The position numbers and the translations under genes were made by a program. Source: a bacterium (GTDB lineage: Bacteria > Patescibacteriota > Minisyncoccia > UBA6257 > 2-01-FULL-56-20). From it: a stretch of DNA of 64,000 nt. Location of the stretch: the NCBI GenBank assembly GCA_027310965.1, contig DAICZW010000001.1, forward strand, positions 37,236 to 101,235, given 5' to 3'. Positions within the stretch are counted from its first letter, which is position 1. Each line of letters starts with the position of its first letter. Under the pieces are notes generated by a model. The model had not been told where the DNA came from, ran no database searches, and worked only from the letters and a program-made list of their open reading frames with translations. This document shows, in pieces, positions 30,017-42,251 of this stretch.

Positions 30017-31540
30017 ATGAGTTACGAAATCATAGAAAAACTGAAAAAAGAGATAGAGGGTTTCAAGGACGATCCGAAGTGGGAGGAATTCGGGCGCGTG
30101 ATCGAGGTTGGCGACGGCATCGTGAAGATCGTCGGTTTGCGGAACGCCGTGAGTCAGGAGATTTTAAAAATACAAACGCCGCGCGGCGAGCGTACGGCGC
30201 TGGCGCTGAATCTTGAAGAAGAATCGATCGGCGCGCTTGTACTCGACGATTTTCTTGCGGTCGAGGTCGGCAATGAAGTAAAACGTACCGGCGATGTCTT
30301 GTCCATTCCGGTCGGCGAGGAACTTATCGGCCGCGTCGTTGATCCGCTGGGAAATCCTTTGGACGGCAAAGGGCCGATTTTCACGAAAACAAAACCGCAG
30401 TTCAATCCGCTTGAAGCGCGCGCGCCGTCGGTTCTGGAGCGTGAATCGGTCACGACGCCGCTGCATACGGGGCTGAAGGCGATCGATGCCATCATTCCCA
30501 TCGGCCGCGGACAGCGCGAACTTATCATCGGCGACCGGCAGGTCGGGAAAACGGCGATCGCGATCGATGCTATCATCAACCAGGCGCAGGAAACCGGAAA
30601 AAAGAAGCCGGTCTGCATTTATGTCGCCATCGGCCAGAAGGAATCCAAGGTCGTGAAGACCGCGGAGACCCTGAAAAAATTCGGCGCGTTCGAATACAGT
30701 ATTATCGTTTCGGCGCCGGCATCGTCGCCCGCGGCAATGTGGTATCTCGCGCCGTATGCGGGCTGCGCGATAGGGGAATATTTCCGCGATAAAGGGCAGG
30801 ACGCGCTGATTGTTTACGACGACCTTTCGAAACATGCGTGGGCGTACCGGCAGATCTCGCTGCTTCTGCGCCGGCCGCCGGGCCGCGAAGCGTATCCGGG
30901 CGATATTTTTTATCTCCATTCCCGTTTATTGGAACGCGCCGCGAGACTTTCAAAAGAAAAAGGCGGCGGGTCGCTGACGGCATTGCCGATCGTGGAGACC
31001 CAGCTCGGCGACGTGACGGCGTACGTTCCGACGAACATCATTTCCATAACCGACGGGCAGATTTATCTCGAATCGGATCTTTTCAACCAGGGATTGCGGC
31101 CAGCGCTGAATGTCGGCATTTCCGTTTCACGCGTCGGTTCGGCCGCGCAGACGAAGGCGATGAAAAAAGTCGCCGGAAAATTGCGGCTCTCGCTCGCGCA
31201 GTTCCGCGAATTGCAGGCATTCGTGCAGTTCGCGACGGATGTGGATGATGCGACGAAGAAAAAGATCCTCCAGGGGCAGAAGATCAACGAGATTCTGAAG
31301 CAGGAAGACCTTGCGCCGTTGCCGTTCGAGAAACAGGTGTGCGTTTTTTACGCGGTGCTCAATGGTTATTTCGAGCATATCGCCGTGGAAAACATAAAAG
31401 AGACCGAAAACCGCTTACTCGAATACCTCGGAGAGTTTCACGAAGCCGATGTTTTGAAGCCGATCCGCGAGACCGGCGAATTCACGGAACAAGTCGAAAC
31501 CAAATTAAAAGAAGTGATAGGAAAATTCTTGGGAAAGTAA
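30017..31540 (+). CDS. atpA: F0F1 ATP synthase subunit alpha
   Basis: [25 protein letters not shown]. Confidence 0.98.
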   Translation: MSYEIIEKLKKEIEGFKDDPKWEEFGRVIEVGDGIVKIVGLRNAVSQEILKIQTPRGERTALALNLEEESIGALVLDDFLAVEVGNEVKRTGDVLSIPVGEELIGRVVDPLGNPLDGKGPIFTKTKPQFNPLEARAPSVLERESVTTPLHTGLKAIDAIIPIGRGQRELIIGDRQVGKTAIAIDAIINQAQETGKKKPVCIYVAIGQKESKVVKTAETLKKFGAFEYSIIVSAPASSPAAMWYLAPYAGCAIGEYFRDKGQDALIVYDDLSKHAWAYRQISLLLRRPPGREAYPGDIFYLHSRLLERAARLSKEKGGGSLTALPIVETQLGDVTAYVPTNIISITDGQIYLESDLFNQGLRPALNVGISVSRVGSAAQTKAMKKVAGKLRLSLAQFRELQAFVQFATDVDDATKKKILQGQKINEILKQEDLAPLPFEKQVCVFYAVLNGYFEHIAVENIKETENRLLEYLGEFHEADVLKPIRETGEFTEQVETKLKEVIGKFLGK

Positions 31541-31748
31541 CCATTCTGTCGTCTTTGCGGAGGCGAGGATCCATGCTTTAGGCGTAGAAAACGGAAGGCA
31601 GAAAGTAGGAAGTAAGAAGGAAGTATGGATCCTCGACCAGAGCATGCTCTTGACCTAATCGAGGGTCGAGAACGGCGAAGGAGAGAAATTTCCCTCATCG
31701 CTAAAGACTTCACGCCACTTTTCATTGTCAACTTTTGATTATTATCCA

Positions 31749-32684
31749 ATGGAATCTCTCCAAAATCTCAAGCGGCGCCTGAAGGGGGCGCAGAATATCG
31801 GGACGATCACGAAAGCGATGGAGCTTGTCGAGGTTACGAAAATGCGCAAAAGCCAGGAATACGCGCTCAATTCGCGTCCGTATTCGTATACCGCGCTCGG
31901 CATTTTGGGGATTCTTTCCATGCAGGTATATTCGCCACTGCCGAAACTTTTACGCGGGCGTCCGGTCAGGAAGACAGCGTTCATGCTTATCGCTTCGGAT
32001 AAGGGTCTTGCCGGATCGTTCAACAGCGCGGTCATCCGCAAATTTGAAAGTTTCATCCGCGCGCACGCTATCGACGTGTACGAAAAAAAATATTCCTTTA
32101 TCGCCGTCGGCCAGAAGGCGCGCGCCTATTGCGAACGCAGGAATCTTGCTCTTGCGCAGTCGTTCCGCCACATGGGCGATGCTTCAAAAATGGAAGAAGT
32201 GGAACCGATCGCCGATTTTTTGATCAAGGGCTACCTGCGGGAGGATTTCGACGAAGTAATCTTGTTTTCAACGGGTTTCGTGAGCGCTTTGCGTCAGGAT
32301 CCCATCATGCGCCAGCTCTTTCCGGTCACGTTCGCGAAAATAAAAGAAAGTATCGAGGAAACCGTTCCGCGGGCGGGGCGTTATTCGCACTATATCGATA
32401 TCGAATCCCTCGCGGGGCGGCAGAACGGGGACTATCTTATCGAGCCGTCCGCGAACGAAGTCATGGAAGAGCTTGCTCCCAAGCTTTTAAAAATACAACT
32501 GTACCATCTTATACTCGAGGCGAACGCGTCGGAACATTCGGCGCGGCGCGTGGCGATGAAGAACGCTTCGGAGAACGCCGAAGACCTTTCGGAAAAACTG
32601 AACGTCGTATATAATAAATCCCGCCAAGCGGCGATCACGAACGCGATTATCGAAGTGACGTCGGGCGCGGAAGCGGCGGCATAA
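31749..32684 (+). CDS. atpG: F0F1 ATP synthase subunit gamma
   Basis: Start MESLQ at 31749; ITKAMELV, SDKGLAG.FN, SEHSARRVAM, N..RQAAIT. Confidence 0.96.
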   Translation: MESLQNLKRRLKGAQNIGTITKAMELVEVTKMRKSQEYALNSRPYSYTALGILGILSMQVYSPLPKLLRGRPVRKTAFMLIASDKGLAGSFNSAVIRKFESFIRAHAIDVYEKKYSFIAVGQKARAYCERRNLALAQSFRHMGDASKMEEVEPIADFLIKGYLREDFDEVILFSTGFVSALRQDPIMRQLFPVTFAKIKESIEETVPRAGRYSHYIDIESLAGRQNGDYLIEPSANEVMEELAPKLLKIQLYHLILEANASEHSARRVAMKNASENAEDLSEKLNVVYNKSRQAAITNAIIEVTSGAEAAA

Positions 32685-34199
<1,515 letters not shown>

Positions 34200-34212
34200 T
34201 TCCTGCATTCTC

Positions 34213-34350
34213 TGTCGTCCTCGCCCTATGGAGTGGCGGCTTCGCCTACTCCATAGGGCGAGGATCTACGCTTGAAACGTATAATACAAAAAGCAGAATG
34301 GAGAAAGAGAAGATGGAAGCATGGATCCTCGACCGGGGCGAGGACGACGG
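34213..34350. repeat. Family B REP doublet with a nested inner hairpin
   Basis: TGTCGTCCTCG[CCCTATGGAGTGGCGGCTTCGCCTACTCCATAGGG]CGAGGATC ... GGATCCTCGACCGGGGCGAGGACGACGG. Confidence 0.75.
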
Positions 34351-34439
34351 AAAAAGAATTTTAATTTTTAATCGCTAATAACTTTTCACTTTTCACTATT
34401 AACTTCTTCGCGCTTTTCACTAATAACTTTTCACTTCTC

Positions 34440-34688
34440 ATGACTCTCGGCGTTTATTCATTGGAAAAAGTCCTCTATCGCGGCGAGGCGGTTTCGGTGA
34501 ATTGCGCGACCGCGATGGGGGAAATCACGATCCTCGACCATCACCAGCAAATGATTTCCATTTTAAAAAAAGGCGTGATGAAAATAGTTGACAATAATGG
34601 TAAAGAGCATTATATTAATGTCAGCTCTGGTTTCCTGGAAGTGGGTTCCGGGAACGAAATTAAAATTTTAATAGAAGAGGTATTGTAA
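34440..34688 (+). CDS. atpC: F0F1 ATP synthase subunit epsilon (beta-sandwich only)
   Basis: GE.TIL..H..MIS.L..G, VSSGFLEV; 82 aa with no C-terminal helices. Confidence 0.9.
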   Translation: MTLGVYSLEKVLYRGEAVSVNCATAMGEITILDHHQQMISILKKGVMKIVDNNGKEHYINVSSGFLEVGSGNEIKILIEEVL

Positions 34689-34698
34689 GGAGGGCACC

Positions 34699-35283
34699 GT
34701 GAAGAAAGAATATGAAGGCCGTTTAAAATTGTCGATTGAAGACCGCAATCTAGTAAGGAAACTTCGAATGGACGGTGTTTTGGATGATGCAAAAGGACAT
34801 TTTCTCGACCAGAATAATGGAATTATCCTGGTAACGTGCTCCGACGGGGATCAATTCTTCGATATTTTTGAACACCAGGCCCAGATGCAGGCGGGCCAAC
34901 AGCCTGCCGATCCGCGCATCCATACTTTTGGATGGCATGGCGGGGCACTCGCCTGTGCGCCCTGCTCGCCGATAAACGAGAGAAAAAAAGCCGATCTGGT
35001 TTTCCTCGACCAGATCAAAGCCGCTCGTAAAATGAAAAACATCGACATGGTGGCGCTTTATACGCACGCACCCTGCGGTGCGGCAAGCGGGAACGGTGTG
35101 AATCTCGTAAAGGCCTTTGCCCTGCAAGCCGGAGCAAAGGTAAAAATAAAAACCTTGAACAGGGGCATCAAGGTAGCTTGTTTTTTCCATGTTGATTACG
35201 GGAATGGCGTAAAGAGAACGTATTTTTTTTCGCGCAGAAAGTGGGATGCATGGGCGCGCGAGAACGCGAAGGAAGAGCGATAA
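34699..35283 (+). CDS. Putative beta-carbonic-anhydrase-like Zn protein
   Basis: GTG start with AGGAGG RBS 10 nt after the atpC stop; CSDGD and HAPCGA fit the beta-CA Zn ligand pattern CxD...HxxCG. Confidence 0.55.
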   Translation: MKKEYEGRLKLSIEDRNLVRKLRMDGVLDDAKGHFLDQNNGIILVTCSDGDQFFDIFEHQAQMQAGQQPADPRIHTFGWHGGALACAPCSPINERKKADLVFLDQIKAARKMKNIDMVALYTHAPCGAASGNGVNLVKAFALQAGAKVKIKTLNRGIKVACFFHVDYGNGVKRTYFFSRRKWDAWARENAKEER

Positions 35284-35352
35284 CGGCTGTTATCGTCGCA
35301 GAGGTATGAAGTGATGCTTGATGCTATCTAAGATAATAATTTCGTCATTTTC

Positions 35353-35389
35353 GGGCCGCACATTTTCCGTGCGGCCCTTTTTATTTTTA
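35353..35389 (+). terminator. Terminator at the end of the atp operon
   Basis: GGGCCGCAC-ATTTTCC-GTGCGGCCC followed by TTTTT. Confidence 0.75.
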
Positions 35390-35577
35390 TTTTCGCGCCG
35401 CTGTCGAAAATAAGCAGGATTTTTGCCGTTTCCCCTCGCGGAGGAGGATCCGCACTTCCGGTCTTTTCCTTTGAATTTTCAAATCGCGGATATTCAGTAA
35501 GGCCGATGATGGCGGGAATGGAAATATGGATTTATGTTTGCGTGAAGACGACGGAACGGAAACCGGACGACGCCGGA

Positions 35578-37155
35578 TTACAAATCGTTGCCCGTATACG
35601 AAAGATTGAAGCTCTTGTTGATGAGGGGAAAATCGGGAACCATATTGCCCTGGCCCGCATAACCGAGGATGGTCCAGTTCAAAAAAGAAGGATCGCGGAC
35701 ATCCACGCCGCTTATTTCGCCGCGCGGGCCGGTCGTTATGAAATAGACGATATCGCCGCGCCATCCTTCAACGATGCCGACCGCAGTAGCGTCTTTTTTG
35801 AGATTGATTTTATCGATTGCCGCCGCGGCAGTCCCGTCGGGAATTTTTTTCAAAGCTTCCGTGATAAGACGGTGGGATGCGTACGCTTCTTCAATGCGGA
35901 CATGGAAACGCGCGTACACGTCGCCGCTTTGATAGAGGGGAATTTTCGGTATAAGCCGGTCATAGGCGGCATATGGATAATCGATCCGCGCGTCCTTGTT
36001 GATGCCGACGGCTTTTCCCGCGACGCCGATAACGCCGTGGTTTTTCGCCTCATCGTACGGCGTCACGCCGGTTTCTTTCAGGCGGTTGATAAGCGAAGAA
36101 CTTTGCTCCGCGACCGCAATCACTTCCGAAAAATCTTTTATGATAGCGTCAAGTTCGCCGATGAGTCGCTGTTTCGTTCCCATTGCGATGTCTTTGGTAA
36201 CGCCGCCGATCGTATTGACGCCTCTCAAAAAACGGCTTCCGGTCGTCCGTTCGTTGATCTGCATGATCATTTCCCGCAGCCGCGCCCCGTGCGCTCCGCC
36301 GAAATTGAATCCGGTATCAAGCATGATGGCGCCGATGTCGCCGAAATGATTCGCCAACCGTTCCAGTTCGGCATAGACCGTCCTCAAATAGCGCGCCCGT
36401 TCAGGGACGTCGATGCCCGCCAATCGTTCGATGGCCTGCGAGAACGCGAGCGAATGGCTGAACGAGCTGTCTCCGGAAATTTTTTCCGACAAGCGGAGTT
36501 TTCCCTCAAGCGGGAGAATCCCGAATAATTTTACGCTGCCTTTATGGGTATATCCGAGCCGCGGTTCGAGCAGGACGATTTCTTCTCCCGCGACGCTGAA
36601 CCGGAAATGCCCCGGTTCGATGATACCGGCATGGATAGGCCCTACCGAAATCTCATAGATGCCTTCTCCCGCGACTTTTTGGAAATCGTATCGTTCGCGC
36701 GCGATCGCCGGTCTTGTTTGCCAGTTGAAATCATTGCGCAAAGGAAAAACGCCGCGCGGCCAATTTTCATGCAGGATCATGGCTTCTTTTTTCGGATGTC
36801 CCGCGGGATCCAGTCCGAAAAAAGTTTTTATTTTTCGTTCGTAGTTCCACGCTTCGTGGATGAACGGGGAGACCGACGGGAACTCATCCGCATTTTTTAC
36901 GCATATGAACGGAACAAGGAAAATATTTTCTTTCGGCGCGCCGAAGACATACCAGATTTTAAAATAACCGCTTTCATTTCTTTCGTCCGTCGCGGTGATG
37001 ATTTTGAGCGACAATGCTTCGTCCGCGTACATCTCTTTTATCGTCGCGACGATGGTATCGATAGGCACTTCAAAAGTAGCCGTATTTTCGGACGGGTCAA
37101 AATGGAAATTTTCGGGAAGATATTTTTTCAGTTTTTGGGGGATGGCGTGCGTCAT
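35578..37155 (-). CDS. Ehr/HyfG-like large subunit (NuoC-NuoD fusion) without NiFe-binding cysteines
   Basis: WNYERKI..FFGL...GHP, GPIHAGIIEPGHFRF. EKISGDSSFSH replaces RxCGxC; DFPLINKSFNLSY replaces DPCxxC. Confidence 0.9.
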   Translation of the reverse strand: MTHAIPQKLKKYLPENFHFDPSENTATFEVPIDTIVATIKEMYADEALSLKIITATDERNESGYFKIWYVFGAPKENIFLVPFICVKNADEFPSVSPFIHEAWNYERKIKTFFGLDPAGHPKKEAMILHENWPRGVFPLRNDFNWQTRPAIARERYDFQKVAGEGIYEISVGPIHAGIIEPGHFRFSVAGEEIVLLEPRLGYTHKGSVKLFGILPLEGKLRLSEKISGDSSFSHSLAFSQAIERLAGIDVPERARYLRTVYAELERLANHFGDIGAIMLDTGFNFGGAHGARLREMIMQINERTTGSRFLRGVNTIGGVTKDIAMGTKQRLIGELDAIIKDFSEVIAVAEQSSSLINRLKETGVTPYDEAKNHGVIGVAGKAVGINKDARIDYPYAAYDRLIPKIPLYQSGDVYARFHVRIEEAYASHRLITEALKKIPDGTAAAAIDKINLKKDATAVGIVEGWRGDIVYFITTGPRGEISGVDVRDPSFLNWTILGYAGQGNMVPDFPLINKSFNLSYTGNDL

Positions 37156-37163
37156 AGCGGTTA

Positions 37164-38603
37164 TTAATAGGCTGCGGCGGCATTATGCAGCAAGGTGATA
37201 AGGAACGGCGGCAGAGAGAAACTAAAGCAGATGAAAATAATGACGAGCGCGAGCGGCGGAATGAGGATCCAATAATTCCGTTCTCCGGAACCGGAACCGA
37301 CGTCATCCGGCCGTTCGCCGAACATCATCGATGACGTATGTTTCAGGAATCCGGCGAAGACCAGCGCGAACGCAAGGATTGCGACGGCGGTAATCACGGG
37401 ATGCATGCCAATGCCGCCGGCCAAAATGGAAAACTCGGTCAAAAATATGCCGGACGGCGGCACGCCGGTGATGGCCAGGAATCCGACGATGAAAAGTATG
37501 CCCGTTATCGGCAGCGCCGCAAGCGCCCCCCGTACCTGTTTTATTTTGGTCGTGCTGTATTTCAAAAAGATATTTCCGGAGGAAAGGAACAGCGCCGGTT
37601 TCACGAGGGCGTGATAGACCATATGAAGAACGGCGGCAAGCGCGGCCAGTCCGCCGAATCCGAAGCCGAGCGCGACAATTCCCATATTTTCGATGCTGGA
37701 ATATGCCAGAAGCCGTTTGTAATTTTTTTGCGTCAAGATGGTGAATGCGGCCAAAATAATCGAAGCAAGCCCGAACCAGATCAGAAGCGTCTGGGAAAAG
37801 TGTACGCCGAGGACGCTGTCCGTGACTGCCTTGAAGCGGATGATCGCGAGGAATGCCACGTTGAGCAGGACGCCCGAAAGCAAAGCGCTGATCGGAACCG
37901 GCGCTTTGCTGTGCGCGTCGGGAAGCCATGTGTGCATGGGCACCAGGCCGGCTTTCGTGCCGTATCCTATAAGGACGAATATAAAAGCGATTTTCGCGAC
38001 GGCGGGATTAAGATGCCCGGCATTCGCAAAAAGCATTCCCCAGCTGACGAGTCCGGTTCCGTGGATGGACGTGAAGTAGAGTAGCGTTCCGAAAAAACCG
38101 AGCAACAAACCGACCGAATTGACCATCAGATATTTCCATGCCGCTTCCATCGCCGACGGCTTATTGTAAAAACTAATCAGGAATGCCGTCGAGAGCGTCG
38201 TTGCCTCTATCGAAATCCACATGATGATCGGATTGACCGTGGCGACGGCAAAGAACATCGCCAAAAGGAACAGGTTGAACAAAATAAAATATTGTTTGAC
38301 TCTGCGGAAGCCGATGATATTTTTTGCGGTCTCTTCCCGGAGATATCCTTTGGAATAGAACGCCGTGGCGACTCCGACCGCGGCGACGGCGAGCATGATG
38401 ATCGCGCCCAGCGCGTCGACGGAAAAAAGCGGCAAAAAACTGTACGTTCCGAAAGAAGCGACCTCTATCGCGATTGCGACCGCCGCCCCGAACGAGCAAA
38501 GCGAAGCGGCGATCGAAACGGTTTCGATTGTTTTTCTTTGTCTGCTTGCGATGCCCGTAAGCGCCGCAACGAACAATGACGCGATGATAATGACGATGGC
38601 CAT
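37164..38603 (-). CDS. HyfF-like proton-translocating antiporter-like subunit
   Basis: WISIEATTL, EAAWKY, K.GLVPMHTWLPDAHSKAP.P, KRLLAYSS.E. Confidence 0.9.
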   Translation of the reverse strand: MAIVIIIASLFVAALTGIASRQRKTIETVSIAASLCSFGAAVAIAIEVASFGTYSFLPLFSVDALGAIIMLAVAAVGVATAFYSKGYLREETAKNIIGFRRVKQYFILFNLFLLAMFFAVATVNPIIMWISIEATTLSTAFLISFYNKPSAMEAAWKYLMVNSVGLLLGFFGTLLYFTSIHGTGLVSWGMLFANAGHLNPAVAKIAFIFVLIGYGTKAGLVPMHTWLPDAHSKAPVPISALLSGVLLNVAFLAIIRFKAVTDSVLGVHFSQTLLIWFGLASIILAAFTILTQKNYKRLLAYSSIENMGIVALGFGFGGLAALAAVLHMVYHALVKPALFLSSGNIFLKYSTTKIKQVRGALAALPITGILFIVGFLAITGVPPSGIFLTEFSILAGGIGMHPVITAVAILAFALVFAGFLKHTSSMMFGERPDDVGSGSGERNYWILIPPLALVIIFICFSFSLPPFLITLLHNAAAAY

Positions 38604-38607
38604 GTGA

Positions 38608-39258
38608 TTATTCTTCTTTTAAATGTTTCATCACGGTGGTTTCGAACGAGCCGAAATGGCGGTAGATCATCGACGCGAATATGGATGCGATGGTCACCCA
38701 GATGACAAGATTGAACATAATGCCCGCCTGAAGCGCCGGCGATTGTTCCAATCCCGAGAGAACGGAAAACGCCACAATCCCGTTTTCAAGAGAAAGAATG
38801 CCGACCATCTGGGATAAGATGCCCTTGCGGTTGATGATAAGCAGGAACGCTATCAGCATGACGGCGATGGCGAGTGTTATCATCGGCGCATGGTCCGGCA
38901 TGATGGCGACCAGCGGCGCGAATATCCGCGAATGCGCGAGCGCCGCCAGAAGCGCAACGGCCAAAAGGCTGAGCGGCACGTTCAAATAAGTGCTGGCGGA
39001 GAAGGTGAGGCGGTGCTTTTTTATCAATCGCGTGAAGAACAAAGGAGCGAAGACGACTTTGACGGCAAAGGTCAGAAGCGCGATCATGGCAAGCGACACG
39101 GCGTGCGTTTCGAAAAAAGAACCGAATAGGATCAGGGTTATTGCCGCGGATTGTATGGCGTAAAGCGCGATGACCATTGAGTTTTTTCTCGTCACGTGCA
39201 AAAAAACAACCGTGAGAAAAACGATGATTACGAAGAATGATAAAAAGTTATATGCCAT
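38608..39258 (-). CDS. HyfE-like membrane subunit
   Basis: About 7 TM helices, Y.IQS, K....P, Q..G.L..ENG. Confidence 0.85.
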   Translation of the reverse strand: MAYNFLSFFVIIVFLTVVFLHVTRKNSMVIALYAIQSAAITLILFGSFFETHAVSLAMIALLTFAVKVVFAPLFFTRLIKKHRLTFSASTYLNVPLSLLAVALLAALAHSRIFAPLVAIMPDHAPMITLAIAVMLIAFLLIINRKGILSQMVGILSLENGIVAFSVLSGLEQSPALQAGIMFNLVIWVTIASIFASMIYRHFGSFETTVMKHLKEE

Positions 39259-39260
39259 GA

Positions 39261-40193
39261 TTACATTATTACCATGCCGATTGCGATAATGCCCAGGATA
39301 AACGAAGTAAGAAGGAGGTCGGGAAGCCGGAAAAATCTGAACTTGGCGATGCTCGATTCAAGCGCGGCTATTGCGGCGCAAAAAACAAGGATTTTCAGCG
39401 CAAAAATTCCCAGTCCGAAAGCTATGGCGCCCATGCTTGGCGAAATTGCGATGCCCCACGGGAAGAACAGGCTCGATCCGAGCGCGATGAAGATCGCGAG
39501 CTTGTTGGCCGACGCCCATTCCATCAGCGCGAGCTTCTTCCCTGAATATTCAAGGATCATCGCTTCGTGGATCATCGTGAGTTCGAGATGGGTTGCCGGA
39601 TTATCGAAAGGAAACCGCGCCGTTTCCGCAAGAAGGACAATCAGGAATCCCGTGAAAGCGATGAATATCGGAAGGAAAAAAGAATGTCCGTTTAAGGATA
39701 TCGCCGCGGCGATGGAAAATAAGTTCGTTGTTTTGGCGATGACGGCGAGCGCGAACAGCGAAAAGATCAATCCGCCTTCCGCGAGCGCCGCAACGGTCAT
39801 CTCGCGGCTCGAACCGAAGCCGCCGAAAGAGCTTCCGGCATCCATGCCTGCGAGCGCCAGAAAGAACGTGCCGATTGCGAGGAGGTAGACGAGCGCCAGA
39901 AGATCGCCGGTGAACTTATTGGACAGGAACGCGGCGAATGTCGGGATGCCCGCCGCGGCGGCGAGCGTTACCGCAAAAACGATATACGGCGCGGCGCGGA
40001 ACAGCCACGATGCGTCGGTGCTGATAATTTCGTCCTTGTGAAGAAGTTTCCAGATATCTTTATACGGCTGGAAAATTCCCGCTCCTGCGCGGTTTTGAAG
40101 CACCGCTTTCATTTTCCTGATGATGCCGAGCATGAGCGGCGCGATCATCGGTAAAAGAAATAATTGCAATGTCCAAAGCAGGATGGTGATCAT
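39261..40193 (-). CDS. HyfC/NuoH-like membrane subunit
   Basis: Q.R.G....QPY.D..KL..K, FG.FGSSRE, ETAR.PFDNP.THLELTMIHEAMILEYSG. Confidence 0.92.
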   Translation of the reverse strand: MITILLWTLQLFLLPMIAPLMLGIIRKMKAVLQNRAGAGIFQPYKDIWKLLHKDEIISTDASWLFRAAPYIVFAVTLAAAAGIPTFAAFLSNKFTGDLLALVYLLAIGTFFLALAGMDAGSSFGGFGSSREMTVAALAEGGLIFSLFALAVIAKTTNLFSIAAAISLNGHSFFLPIFIAFTGFLIVLLAETARFPFDNPATHLELTMIHEAMILEYSGKKLALMEWASANKLAIFIALGSSLFFPWGIAISPSMGAIAFGLGIFALKILVFCAAIAALESSIAKFRFFRLPDLLLTSFILGIIAIGMVIM

Positions 40194-40196
40194 GGC

Positions 40197-42251
40197 TTAA
40201 AATAAAGATGCCGATAATAACGCCGCGAGCAGGACGATCAGCATGTAGAGAATATACGCATTGATGTTGCCGCTTTGTATCTTTTTTACGTATCCGGATA
40301 TTTTCATGAAACCGAACCGGATCGGATCGTAGAATCGCACCCGGTAAAAATCGGCAAGATGCATGGTCGCCGTTCTTGATTTCGGAACATAGCGCATCGA
40401 GGCGTCGTTGTATTCTATGTCGGTCTGGAAACTCGGTTTCAATATTCCCTGGAAGATCATAATAATGGATCGCGAGAACCCGGTCGCCGTTATTTCCATG
40501 CGGGGCGTGAGATCGGTGCCGCAATCCCACGTGGCGCCGGTTTTGATATTTTGTTTCCGGTTGACGAGATATTTGATCGCGACTACGGAAAGGGCGAGTG
40601 CCAGAATGATGATGGCGAACAGCGCCGGCGCGGAAACCGAAGCAAAGCCGTTCACCGCGATTGTCTGGGCGGGATGAACCGCAACAATCGATGCCGCGTC
40701 GCGCAAGCCGGAAATATTTTTTACGACGGCATTCAGGATGGAAACGATGGAACCGGAAAACAGGCCGAATACGAGCGACAGGAGCGCGAGTCCCGCCATG
40801 CCAAACTGCAAAGAAAATCCCGATTCCTTCGCGCATGCGGCTTCATGGCTTCGGGGACGGGCGAGGAATGTCGCGCCGAACGCTTTTACGAAACAGGCGA
40901 GCGCAAGGCCGCTTGTAAGGGCGAGCGTTCCGGCCGACAGGATGAAGATCCAGACGACCAGGGAAGAGAACGAATAAATACCCGCGAAGAGCGACTGGAA
41001 TGTCAGCCACTCGCTGAAAAAACCGTTAAAAGGAGGGAGCGCGGCGATGGCCATCGATCCTATGAGAAAGAAAAAGGCGGTTTCGGGCATCCGTTTCATG
41101 AGCCCGCCGTATTCTTCGATATTTCTTGTGCGCGTTCCCTCGATAACGGAGCCGGCGCTCAAAAATAACAATGATTTAAAGACGGCGTGGTTCAAAGTGT
41201 GGAAAAGCGCGGCGATCATGCCCAATGCCGCGAGTGCCGGCATCCCGAGCGACGAGAAAACAAGCGCGCTGCCGATGCCGAGCAGGATGATGCCGATATT
41301 TTCGATGCTGTGGTATGCCAGAAGGCGTTTGATGTCGTGTTCGGTCAGCGCATAAAGCACGCCCAGCAAGGCGGATACGGATCCGATGACGAGTATCGCG
41401 ACGCCCCACCATAACGGCGCCGTCGTAAAAACATCGAAAAATAATTTGATCATCATGAATATCCCCGTTTTGATCATGACGCCGGACATCAATGCGGATA
41501 CGTGCGAAGGGGCGGCGGGATGGGCGTCGGGAAGCCAGATGTGCAAAGGGATGATGCCCGCTTTCATGCCGAAACCGATGAATGAAAAAATAAAGATCAT
41601 GTTTTTCGCGAACATGGGTATGGCGGCGCTGTTCGCTTTGATAACGCCGAAGTCGAACGATCCGGTGTACCGGTATAAAAGAAGGAATGCGAGCATGATG
41701 AAAGCGGTGCCGATGTGCGTCATGATGAAATAGAGGGATCCGGCTTTGATATTTTTCGGGTCGTTCCGGTCGTAGATCACCAAAAAATACGATGCGAGCG
41801 ACATGATTTCCCAGACGATAAGAAACAAGATTGCGTTGGATGCCGTAACCACCATCAGCATGCCGGCGATGAAGAAATGGTAAAAAAATCCCAGGGTGCC
41901 GATGGTGTATTTTTTATAATAATGTTTGACGTATCCTATGCCGTAGATCGAAGCGAAAAGCGCCACCAATGAAATGATAAAAATAAAAAACGCGGACAGC
42001 GCGCCGACGGCGAACGATATCGATAAAAAAGGAGAGAGCGCCGCGGCGATATGGAATGATAATGTCGTTCCGGAAATGAATATGGAAAGCGCGAAAATGA
42101 TGCCCCAGAGCGACCCGCCGACGGCGAACGCGCTGCTCCAAAAATTTGCAAGCGCGTCATTTTTCCTGAACGCCAATGCGCCCAAGGCTCCCGCGGCGAA
42201 GAATGAAAGCAGCAATAAAAAACCGCCTTGCGATGCAATGGATGCGATCAT
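40197..42251 (-). CDS. HyfB-like (NuoL/MrpA-type) antiporter-like subunit
   Basis: WEIMSLASY, KAGIIPLHIWLPDAHPAAPSHVSALMSG, KRLLAYHS.EN, TWDCG. Confidence 0.92.
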   Translation of the reverse strand: MIASIASQGGFLLLLSFFAAGALGALAFRKNDALANFWSSAFAVGGSLWGIIFALSIFISGTTLSFHIAAALSPFLSISFAVGALSAFFIFIISLVALFASIYGIGYVKHYYKKYTIGTLGFFYHFFIAGMLMVVTASNAILFLIVWEIMSLASYFLVIYDRNDPKNIKAGSLYFIMTHIGTAFIMLAFLLLYRYTGSFDFGVIKANSAAIPMFAKNMIFIFSFIGFGMKAGIIPLHIWLPDAHPAAPSHVSALMSGVMIKTGIFMMIKLFFDVFTTAPLWWGVAILVIGSVSALLGVLYALTEHDIKRLLAYHSIENIGIILLGIGSALVFSSLGMPALAALGMIAALFHTLNHAVFKSLLFLSAGSVIEGTRTRNIEEYGGLMKRMPETAFFFLIGSMAIAALPPFNGFFSEWLTFQSLFAGIYSFSSLVVWIFILSAGTLALTSGLALACFVKAFGATFLARPRSHEAACAKESGFSLQFGMAGLALLSLVFGLFSGSIVSILNAVVKNISGLRDAASIVAVHPAQTIAVNGFASVSAPALFAIIILALALSVVAIKYLVNRKQNIKTGATWDCGTDLTPRMEITATGFSRSIIMIFQGILKPSFQTDIEYNDASMRYVPKSRTATMHLADFYRVRFYDPIRFGFMKISGYVKKIQSGNINAYILYMLIVLLAALLSASLF

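Noticed and set aside
35578-37155. Group 4 NiFe hydrogenase or formate hydrogenlyase
   Set aside because: Both NiFe-binding CxxC motifs are absent and there are no hyp, fdh or ferredoxin-subunit genes nearby.
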